This document shows positions 8,049 through 15,954 of a stretch of DNA of 32,000 nucleotides, piece after piece. Under the pieces are notes generated by a model that saw only the letters and a program-made list of their open reading frames with translations, ran no database searches and had not been told where the DNA came from. Source of the DNA: Promethearchaeota archaeon. GTDB lineage: Archaea > Asgardarchaeota > Lokiarchaeia > Sigyniarchaeales > Promethearchaeaceae. The DNA is taken from contig JAFGBS010000009.1 of NCBI GenBank assembly GCA_016933055.1, positions 150,001-182,000 on the forward strand, in the 5' to 3' direction. Made by a program: the position numbers and the translations under genes. Each line of letters starts with the position of its first letter. Within the stretch, counting starts at the first letter, position 1.

Positions 8049-9980
8049 TTACTTATCTTTCTTAATAACGTATTTAACGATAAATCGTTCGTTTGGGGGT
8101 ATCTTTTCAGCAGTCCAGACAAGCTCTTGAGGTCCTTTGATGCGCTCACGTCGTTTCTTACTGATCTCCTCAGTTACGTCTTCTTCATCTGCGACGGCAA
8201 CTTGATCCACAACTTCTTCAAGATCAATTTCCTCAGGTACTCCTTGATATTCACCAAGCCGTTGAACAACTTCACTGATGATGGTAGAACCTTCTTTTAA
8301 TTCATCATGAAGTTCATAGTTGAGCATTTCGAAATTACCCGTATTCTGGATCCACAATGTAACGAGATATTTTCCAGATTGGGACATTGCTTCAACATCC
8401 TTACCCGTAATGAACCTCTTACGCACATGGATAACAGGAATGACTAACCCTTCAGGTTTTAAAATAATCTCTATAGGTTGACCAGCAGGTAATGTGTTAC
8501 CAGTAACTAATGCATCCGGTTGATATTCCACATCCATAGCGGGTCGATCCGCAGTGATGGGGTAAGTTATATCCAATGAATCTCCTGGTTTGAAAGATTC
8601 TATGGATGTATCCACCAATTCTTTTAGTTCTACTAATACTTCATGCTCTCGGGAACTACCCTCATCATCGGGACTGATTTGAACTGAATAAATACTGCTA
8701 TCCAGTTCCGTTCCGTTATATTTCACTACGACATCTTCGGCAAGGGGGGCTTTAAAATTACTTTGAATAATTTCTCGATAAGAAACTTCATTCAAATCCG
8801 CTCCACCGGTATTAGATACGGTCGCAATGGCATTAAATACAGTTTCTCGATAAGAAGCCAATTCGGTAGCATCATATTTCAAATCTGCTTCAAGTGCTGC
8901 CACTGCAAGTTCAAAATCCTCGATATCTACAGTAGTAAGGGTTTCGGTTTTAACCTCCGCTAAAGTAGTAAAGTCTACCCGTTTGATAAATTGAGGATCC
9001 GTTCCCTCCTTAACATCGAATTTCCATGATTCTGAAGACCATTTTGCATTTTCCGATAATTTTGTATCTGAGTCTACCTTTACAAAATTTTTACCAGGTG
9101 TATCAACATCATGCACATCGATATCGAGCAATTTTACCACGAACTCGGAAGTGTTTTCGAATACAAACTTGCATTCGAACCGGTTTGGAGTTTCATCTAA
9201 CTCATCTGCAGATAAATACATATTGTTATTGGTGTAAGAGTGCCATTTTTCGGGATTTAATTTTACTCCACTCATCAGATATGGAGCTGAATATTTGGTT
9301 ACAATTTTACCAGAACGAACCTTGGTTTCGATGTCTTCCACGGTAATAAAAAATTTCAAGCTAAGTGTTTCATCTCTTCCAGCTGGTAATTCATCAATCA
9401 CCCATTTCACAGCGCGCTCTCCATCGATCATATCTACTTCAGCAGAACCCTCCGATTTACGAGTAATATCTACGTCTTCAAACTCGGATGGAACAAATTT
9501 GTGAACTTCTATATTCTTAAGGTCCTCATCAGATTCATTTTCGATGGTCAATTTTACGTAGATTTCATTTCTCCTTCCCATAATTAATGAATAACTTGCA
9601 GTATCCTCATCCAAAGCGCTTATGAATTCCCTAACGCTAAGAACATTTTTTGGCTCTTGAGTGACTTTGTATTCAATTTCTTCGGTATCTTCAGGATTAA
9701 TTTCTCGAATTTCAATGGTATCATCTAAATCAGTGCTCCCTGTGTCGTCCAATTCTATAGCAATATCCCAAATTCTATCTTTTTTGCTGATGTTTTCAAT
9801 GCTGAACTTTCCTGTAGTTTCAGGTTTATTGTCTGCATATTCCCCATCATGATTCAAAAAAAGACCGACAGATTCGCTAAATGTAACGGGCACAAGTTTG
9901 AGATCGACATCTCTGCGCTTTTTTCTTGGAGATTCCTCTTCTTCCGAAGATCTTCGTTCATCTCTTCGTCTTTTACTCAT
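8049..9980 (-). CDS. Acidic cytosolic multi-beta-sandwich protein; N-terminal region resembles the mu-homology domain (mu-adaptin/delta-COP C-terminus), followed by Ig/DUF11-like domains
   Basis: No signal peptide or TM. Repeated strand patterns (YVKLTIENES, FVFENTSE, ATVSNTGG, LWIQNTGN; KWVIDELPAG, VWTAEKIPPN). MHD-like motifs PVTFSESVGLFLNHDG..TGKFSI and KYSAPYLMSGVKL. The ORF is certain; the domain call is inference. Confidence 0.55.
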   Translation of the reverse strand: MSKRRRDERRSSEEEESPRKKRRDVDLKLVPVTFSESVGLFLNHDGEYADNKPETTGKFSIENISKKDRIWDIAIELDDTGSTDLDDTIEIREINPEDTEEIEYKVTQEPKNVLSVREFISALDEDTASYSLIMGRRNEIYVKLTIENESDEDLKNIEVHKFVPSEFEDVDITRKSEGSAEVDMIDGERAVKWVIDELPAGRDETLSLKFFITVEDIETKVRSGKIVTKYSAPYLMSGVKLNPEKWHSYTNNNMYLSADELDETPNRFECKFVFENTSEFVVKLLDIDVHDVDTPGKNFVKVDSDTKLSENAKWSSESWKFDVKEGTDPQFIKRVDFTTLAEVKTETLTTVDIEDFELAVAALEADLKYDATELASYRETVFNAIATVSNTGGADLNEVSYREIIQSNFKAPLAEDVVVKYNGTELDSSIYSVQISPDDEGSSREHEVLVELKELVDTSIESFKPGDSLDITYPITADRPAMDVEYQPDALVTGNTLPAGQPIEIILKPEGLVIPVIHVRKRFITGKDVEAMSQSGKYLVTLWIQNTGNFEMLNYELHDELKEGSTIISEVVQRLGEYQGVPEEIDLEEVVDQVAVADEEDVTEEISKKRRERIKGPQELVWTAEKIPPNERFIVKYVIKKDK

Positions 9981-10347
9981 TGTATCACGACTTTTATTTT
10001 TTTATTTTAATATTTGCGATTTCTAATCGACGTGTTAATAATTCAACTTTAGTTTATAAAAAGAAGATCTTCATGCATTATAAAATACCTAAACAATTAT
10101 TGAAAGTATAGAAGTATATCTAAACAAAGAATCATTTGTACAATCTATACTTTCTTCATTTATACTTAAAATAATAATCATGAGTTTGAACCTACATAAT
10201 CGGTAGGGTGAAATTTAAATCCAAACAATTAAAACAATAGATTAAGAAGAAGGCAATAGTCTCTATACATATTAAACACGATATTGGGCTTTCTACTTTA
10301 TTGAAACGCAATTTAGGTTCCATATTTATCGAAATGATGTAAAAAGA

Positions 10348-11226
10348 TTAGTTCTTCTTGTGGAATTTCTCATGTACTTCGTGGAACTTCGCTAGGGCAT
10401 CTGATTTAAGCTCAAATTCTTCTGCAGCAAGGGAATCATATAATTTTCTAGAAACGGATGCTGCTTCCCTATATAATTTATAAGCTTCATCTAACTTGTC
10501 ATTTCTTAATGCATTTCGTGCTTTATCTACGATCTTATCTCGTTGTTGGCGTAAAACTGGGACTGAACTCATCCGTTTTGCTTTATCGAAAAATTCCTTT
10601 GCTAAATCATTTTCCTGCAACTGTTCAGCGAATTTCATAGCTCGAATATACTCCCGTTCGGCACGATCATACGATTCTGCCTTCATGGCCCGTTCTGCAT
10701 TTCGGTTTGCTTGGTATAATTTTCTGGGAACTTTTTTTACGATCTCTAATAACTTCTTTGCTTCATCAAATTTCATTTTTTTATTGAGATCTTTTACTCT
10801 TTTCGCTAACCTAGCTTCCAATTCCCTTTTATTCAGTGCTATTGTCGGAATTTCAAAATAATCGTAATACACATCACTTAATTTGTTCTCAAGTTCAGCT
10901 TTAGACATATCAGGGTCTTGTGTGAAAATATCTGATACTAATTTTACACCTTCTCGAAAATTTTCTGGAGAATCGCTTGATTTAAGCACAGCGGTGGTAA
11001 TTAGTTTATATCGTTTGCGATCTTTCATATAGTTTTCAATGTATGAGACTAAATGGTATTCTGATTTAGTTAACACAAACAATTTTTTATCCATAAGACC
11101 CATTTGCAATTGTAAAATTAGACTATCATCAATCTCGATGGACTCATCTTCATTATCGAAATAGGACCCAATGAGGGATGATGATCCTTTGGGGTCGATC
11201 TCAATTAAAAAACATCCAGATGGCAT
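10348..11226 (-). CDS. Longin-like N-terminal domain plus C-terminal helical (TPR/MIT-like) repeats
   Basis: N-terminus MPSGCFLIEIDPKGSSSLIGSY resembles the beta-hairpin start of Asgard longin-like domains. The C-terminus has repeated helical units (AERAMKAESYDRAEREYIRAMKFAEQL; ARNALRNDKLDEAYKLYREAASVSRKL). Confidence 0.55.
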   Translation of the reverse strand: MPSGCFLIEIDPKGSSSLIGSYFDNEDESIEIDDSLILQLQMGLMDKKLFVLTKSEYHLVSYIENYMKDRKRYKLITTAVLKSSDSPENFREGVKLVSDIFTQDPDMSKAELENKLSDVYYDYFEIPTIALNKRELEARLAKRVKDLNKKMKFDEAKKLLEIVKKVPRKLYQANRNAERAMKAESYDRAEREYIRAMKFAEQLQENDLAKEFFDKAKRMSSVPVLRQQRDKIVDKARNALRNDKLDEAYKLYREAASVSRKLYDSLAAEEFELKSDALAKFHEVHEKFHKKN

Positions 11227-11324
11227 TTTTCAAAACCTCTCTAAAGCAAGTTGGCAATTATTAATATATTTAGATAGAAAATACATCCTAATAGCATTTT
11301 GCACAGAAAAAGAATTGAAGTATT

Positions 11325-12380
11325 GTGAATAGCACTGAGAACCAATCAAATCCCCAATTAGCATGCTTCAAACTTGATGATTACAAGTTTTTTCATACAG
11401 GGGAATTTTCAAATCATGTGGTCCCAGAAAATCATATAGAAATGGATATTCAGAATTATTGTCATATCCGGTTTCATATGTTTGTTAAAATTCAAGGGCA
11501 AGAATTGTATCTATTACAACGTACACCTTCGGAAAATGACCTTGACTTGTCAAGTTCATTTACTTGTTTAATAGAATTCACCAAATCGTTTTCCTATGAA
11601 TACATGGAATCGTATGTGAAAAAAAAGTTCGCGAACACATATGGAGGCCCTATAGAAAATGTACGATTTTATAAAATGGAATTAAGAAAAAGGCAAAAAA
11701 AACCAAATGAATTAGTTTATTCGCTTCTTGGGACCGTTCGACCTCCGGTGAATGAAATTTCGCAAAATTTCTTTTCTCTGGCAACTAAAAAAGAGATTAT
11801 TACGCAATCGAATCAAATTTATTCTCAATGGAGAAAAATCTTTGGTTCGTCAATTAAATTTCCCCCCATCCATGAAGAACTGCCTCAAAACTCGATTATA
11901 GGACTTATTATTGGACGATTTCAACCCGTACATTTGGGACATGTATACTTATTTCAAAAAGCACTTGAAACCGTAGATTTTTTGAAAATAGGTGTAGGTT
12001 CTTCCCAGAGAAAAAACGAACCAAACAATCCATTTTCTTTTAAAAATCGTAAGAGATTTATTGAACATGCTTGTAAAGAAGTGAATATTCCCCCTTCATC
12101 TTATGAAATATATCCGATTCCCGATCAATATGATTTTGAAAAATGGAAGGCAAGTATTTTTGAAATCGTGCAGGATTTTGATGTCATCATATCGAATAAT
12201 TTATGGATTGGACGTTTAATCGAACAACAAGGAAAAATTCTCATTTTTGGGTTGAAACATAATTTTACCACTTATAATGGGAGCAATATACGAGAATTAT
12301 TAAGAAAAAATAATCCAGAATGGAAAAATCTTGTTCCCAAATCAATCATTCCTTATATTGAAGTCTGGATGCAAAAGTAA
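11325..12380 (+). CDS. nadM: Nicotinamide-nucleotide adenylyltransferase (NadM) with ~185-aa N-terminal extension (degenerate Nudix-like)
   Basis: IIGRFQPVHLGH (HxGH), GVGSSQ..NEPNNPFS, IYPIPD and YNGSNIRE motifs in the C-terminal half. The exact start is uncertain (GTG 11325). Confidence 0.88.
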   Translation: MNSTENQSNPQLACFKLDDYKFFHTGEFSNHVVPENHIEMDIQNYCHIRFHMFVKIQGQELYLLQRTPSENDLDLSSSFTCLIEFTKSFSYEYMESYVKKKFANTYGGPIENVRFYKMELRKRQKKPNELVYSLLGTVRPPVNEISQNFFSLATKKEIITQSNQIYSQWRKIFGSSIKFPPIHEELPQNSIIGLIIGRFQPVHLGHVYLFQKALETVDFLKIGVGSSQRKNEPNNPFSFKNRKRFIEHACKEVNIPPSSYEIYPIPDQYDFEKWKASIFEIVQDFDVIISNNLWIGRLIEQQGKILIFGLKHNFTTYNGSNIRELLRKNNPEWKNLVPKSIIPYIEVWMQK

Positions 12381-12459
12381 AACCTTCATTTTTTTTAATT
12401 TTCGTAGAGAACTGATAAAAACCTTATATACTATTTGACCTTTTTCGATTTAGGTAACA

Positions 12460-12939
12460 ATGGAAGAATTAAAAGCCTTGGCTTATGAAGTAGTCGAATC
12501 TTTAAAAGCTGCAAATTTACGACTAGGTTTAGCGGAATCAATGACGGGGGGATTAATTGGGCATCTCATCACAAACATTGATGGAGCAAGCCGAGTATTC
12601 TTAGGTGGACATATAGTATATTCAGCAGAAGCGAAATGCGTCATGTTGAATATACCAATGGAAGATATCCATTCCCTTGGTACAGTGTCAAAGGAATTAA
12701 CTCAGATGATGCTGAATCAGATGACAGAACTTCCCACTGATATTAATTTAGCGATAACAGGGATTGCAGGACAACCCATAGAGGGGCTTCCTCGCGGAAC
12801 TGTGTTTATTGGAACAAATTGCTGTGGAAATGTGATTATCAATAAATATCAATATAAAGGAACTCGTGAAGAAATTAAACAACAAGCTGCAATTCAAGCT
12901 TTGAATCTAATTTTGGACTATCTTCAAACCATTCGGTAA
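12460..12939 (+). CDS. pncC: Nicotinamide-mononucleotide deamidase PncC (CinA C-terminal domain)
   Basis: LAESMTGG (catalytic Ser), VYSAEAK (catalytic Lys), GTVS, AITGIAG, GTVFIG and REEIKQQAA. Confidence 0.9.
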   Translation: MEELKALAYEVVESLKAANLRLGLAESMTGGLIGHLITNIDGASRVFLGGHIVYSAEAKCVMLNIPMEDIHSLGTVSKELTQMMLNQMTELPTDINLAITGIAGQPIEGLPRGTVFIGTNCCGNVIINKYQYKGTREEIKQQAAIQALNLILDYLQTIR

Positions 12940-12995
12940 ATAGAGCCCTATTATCGGTACATGTACTTTAATAACTTCTTCTCTTTTTCATTTAT

Positions 12996-14072
12996 ATGGA
13001 ATATTTAGAAATCGACGGAACGATGGGTGAGGGGGGCGGGAGTATCCTTCGTCTTGCTGCAGGATTTTCCGTATTATTCAATACCCCGATCCATATATCT
13101 AACATTCGAGCGAATCGTAATCCTCCAGGACTACGACTACAGCATCAATTAGGTTTAGAAAGTCTTCAAAAATTATCCAATGGTCAACTCAGCCCTGTTC
13201 AAATAGGCACTACCGAATTTACGTTTACACCTGGTGAGAAAACTACCACCAATCTTGAGGTTCCCGTTCGAACTGCAGGTTCCATCGCATTACTCAGTCA
13301 AACTATTCAGACGGCATTTATTCAAACTACATTAGCAAATCCACTTTCAATAAAATATATTGGCGGAGGCACATTTGGAACAGGTGCTCCCGATCCTTAT
13401 TATCTTAATAACGTAATTTATCAGTTTTTTTCGAAAATGGGATTCAAATGCAATATATTAGTTCATCGCAATGGATTCTATCCAAAAGGGGGAACATCCG
13501 CAACTCTTAATATATACCCCGTAAAGGAACTTTCTCAAATCACATCCTTGGATTTGGAACAAAAGGGGGATTTACTGGAAGTTGGTGGGTGTATCATATC
13601 TTCAGAAAATTTGAAACAAGCTCATGTTGCAGAACGGATTAGGGAGAGTATCGTCGATAATTTGAGGAAGAATTCCCATTTCTCTCATCTTTCGGACGAA
13701 AGATATCAAATTGAGATAAATTACGATCGCACTTTAAATCCTGGAGTGGGGTTAAGTATTTGGGCTAATTATGAGAAAACCATAATTGGGAGTGGAACAA
13801 TACTGGGTAAACGAGGTGTCCCTTCCGAGACTGTTGGGAAACAAGCTGCATCCAAACTCGTCCAGGAGACCTCTACTAGAGCTACTGTAGATACATTTGC
13901 AGCAGATCAGATAATTCCTTTACTTGTTCTCTGTCCCGAGAAATCCGTGATTAAGATTAGAGATATTACATCTCATTTAAAAACCAACATCGATTTACTG
14001 CAAAAATTCCACCAGAGAAACTATTTACTGGAGAAAATAGGTGATGTGTGGAGATTAGAGTATAAAGAATAA
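12996..14072 (+). CDS. rtcA: RNA 3'-terminal phosphate cyclase
   Basis: IDGTMGEGGGSILR, IRANRNPPGLRLQH, TAGSIALL, GFYPKGG, ADQIIP and SHLKTN (catalytic His retained, so RtcA rather than Rcl1). Confidence 0.95.
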   Translation: MEYLEIDGTMGEGGGSILRLAAGFSVLFNTPIHISNIRANRNPPGLRLQHQLGLESLQKLSNGQLSPVQIGTTEFTFTPGEKTTTNLEVPVRTAGSIALLSQTIQTAFIQTTLANPLSIKYIGGGTFGTGAPDPYYLNNVIYQFFSKMGFKCNILVHRNGFYPKGGTSATLNIYPVKELSQITSLDLEQKGDLLEVGGCIISSENLKQAHVAERIRESIVDNLRKNSHFSHLSDERYQIEINYDRTLNPGVGLSIWANYEKTIIGSGTILGKRGVPSETVGKQAASKLVQETSTRATVDTFAADQIIPLLVLCPEKSVIKIRDITSHLKTNIDLLQKFHQRNYLLEKIGDVWRLEYKE

Positions 14073-14307
14073 AATAGATAAGAAATTTTTTAGGACTGCG
14101 CCCCGAATATAACTTAATTAATTCGTAATATGAAAATTGTTTTGAAAAGAAGGATACTCGAAAAGAACGATTGAAAAGTAACGAATGGTAACTGTGAGAT
14201 CCTATCATGGATATATGAAATACGATAGAATACCTGAATAAAATTTTTCGGATGGAAAATTTGCTGTAATAAGAAACAACCTAAAATAAATATAAGGGAA
14301 TCATCAA

Positions 14308-15231
14308 ATGAGATGCGTCAAATGCGGAAATGAGGTAAATAAGGAAGATTTCGTATGTATTTATTGTAATGCTCGATTACGAGAGGAAAAAATAGAAAAA
14401 ATCCCTTACTTTCGTCGAGTAACCGATGAAAAATGGACCAGTCCTATCAAAGGCTGGAATAGATTCTATCTTGTCTTACGAAATCCTTCTCGCGCTTTTT
14501 GGGATATCGTTCATTATCGGGAGAATATTGGTAGCTGGTTCAAAGTATATTTTCTGTCAGCAGTTATATACGGATTGTTTGGATTAGCCCTTTTTGTGCA
14601 TGTTCGTACAGGATTTACAATTTATTCCCGTATATTGAATGGATTGAGTGCATATATGCTGTTCTTCTTATTCGGTTTGGTGTATTTCTTTTTATTTTAT
14701 ATGATATCTATTCAATTATTCTCTATAGGTGCAAATTACTCTATCAATCTCAAGTCACAGCTAAAATTGCGATATGGGGAACGGAAATCAAAAAAAGAGG
14801 ATGAGGAAAAAACTACCACGATGTTAGAAGCTGAAGGGATTTATCCCACAGCGTTACCTTCTCATCTCACAGCCCAAAAATCAAAAAAAATATCTATCAT
14901 GTTATGGGGTTTTACGCCGTTTTTAATTGCACTTGCACTTTCTGCTATTGTTCTAATCATTAGTGGAGGTTTATCTTCGCAAACTATCAATTCAGCGGGA
15001 GAACTTCCCGCCGTGCTTGCTTCCTTTGCTCAATCTATTGTTTGGGGTATAACAGATTGGATTCAAGTCATCGTCCTTATCGGAGCAGTCCCGATTACCA
15101 TGTCAATAGCACTTCGAGAGTTGGTAAATGCAAGTACATTTCGAGTATACGTATCTTGTTTGATCGTATCCTTATTACTCGGGTTAGTATTATACTTCTT
15201 CCGTCCCTCTTTCCTATTCAATATGATCTAG
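14308..15231 (+). CDS. Zinc-ribbon plus Yip1-like multi-pass membrane protein
   Basis: N-terminal CVKC..CIYC ribbon, then LRNPSRAFWDI (P-x-x-a-F pre-TM motif typical of Yip1 domains) and about five hydrophobic helices including WGFTP. Confidence 0.65.
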   Translation: MRCVKCGNEVNKEDFVCIYCNARLREEKIEKIPYFRRVTDEKWTSPIKGWNRFYLVLRNPSRAFWDIVHYRENIGSWFKVYFLSAVIYGLFGLALFVHVRTGFTIYSRILNGLSAYMLFFLFGLVYFFLFYMISIQLFSIGANYSINLKSQLKLRYGERKSKKEDEEKTTTMLEAEGIYPTALPSHLTAQKSKKISIMLWGFTPFLIALALSAIVLIISGGLSSQTINSAGELPAVLASFAQSIVWGITDWIQVIVLIGAVPITMSIALRELVNASTFRVYVSCLIVSLLLGLVLYFFRPSFLFNMI

Positions 15232-15243
15232 CTGTTGCATACA

Positions 15244-15933
15244 ATGTCCGTTCCCAGTCGCCTTGATTTAGAATCCAAACTATTTGGAATTTTTAAAACC
15301 TTAAAAATGGTCCATGAGGAGGTGAAAACTGAGAGGATAGTATATAGTGCTTATTGTGATATAATTCGTCAGAAAATCCATGAACTTATGGTGGTGGACT
15401 TAACACTTGAAGCTAAGGGATTAAAAATGGATTCGATAATGCAGAAAATGAGGATTTCGGACGATTTTTTTAAACTCATCCCTCAAATTCAAAATCACAT
15501 TAGCTTGAAAGAACAAAAAAATAATTGGCCTCTTTCTCCCCTCATCCCTCAAACTGAATCAGAGAAACATTTAGATCAGATAAGCTCTCGGTTGCAGAAA
15601 GTAGCATCATTTGGGAAATATACTCTCAATCCTCTTGTTCTGGCGAATCTTGCTTCAGAAATCACTGCAAATTTCATCACAATTTTCGATTTTTTTACAT
15701 TAGAAATGAAAGATTCCCACTTATTGGAAGAAAATTTTAATCGAATTCAGAAGGCCCTTAAAGAATTTCCTGGCATGGATGAGATTTATCTTGATTTTAA
15801 AACCATAATTCGAAAATCAAATAAGATATTCAGTTCTGATAAAGAACGCGATTTAATCTATCATTCCCTCGAAAACCTTTATCACCGGTTTCTTGCAATT
15901 TTAAAAAGTCCCAACAACCTCCATATTAAATAA
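15244..15933 (+). CDS. Vps28-like protein (ESCRT-I subunit homologue)
   Basis: N-terminal LESKLFGIFKTLKMV...YSAYCDIIRQKI parallels Vps28 (LFAVVKT...EY). C-terminal SEITANFITIFD...LENLYHRFLAIL parallels the Vps28 C-terminal four-helix bundle (FIT.MD...LESAYNAF). ATG at 15244 preferred over TTG 15235. Confidence 0.8.
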   Translation: MSVPSRLDLESKLFGIFKTLKMVHEEVKTERIVYSAYCDIIRQKIHELMVVDLTLEAKGLKMDSIMQKMRISDDFFKLIPQIQNHISLKEQKNNWPLSPLIPQTESEKHLDQISSRLQKVASFGKYTLNPLVLANLASEITANFITIFDFFTLEMKDSHLLEENFNRIQKALKEFPGMDEIYLDFKTIIRKSNKIFSSDKERDLIYHSLENLYHRFLAILKSPNNLHIK

Positions 15934-15954
15934 CAATGGATTGTAGTAAATTTT

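Noticed and set aside
7921-8130. 69-aa ORF in the gap between the hydrolase and the MHD-like gene
   Set aside because: Low-complexity A-rich translation, overlaps the convergent gene's 3' end, no motif. More likely a terminator region.
10099-10307. ATTGAAAG (10099) and ATTGAAAC (10300), which resemble CRISPR repeat 3' ends
   Set aside because: Only two 8-mers about 200 nt apart with dissimilar upstream sequence; no repeat-spacer periodicity and no cas genes.
12996-14072. Possible Rcl1 (inactive cyclase-like ribosome biogenesis factor)
   Set aside because: The catalytic His motif (SHLKTN) is retained, so canonical RtcA is favoured.
14132-14183. Imperfect GAAAA(G) repeats upstream of the Yip1-Vps28 genes
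   Set aside because: Irregular spacing (12, 16, 13 nt) in AT-rich DNA; expected by chance and cannot be supported as an operator.
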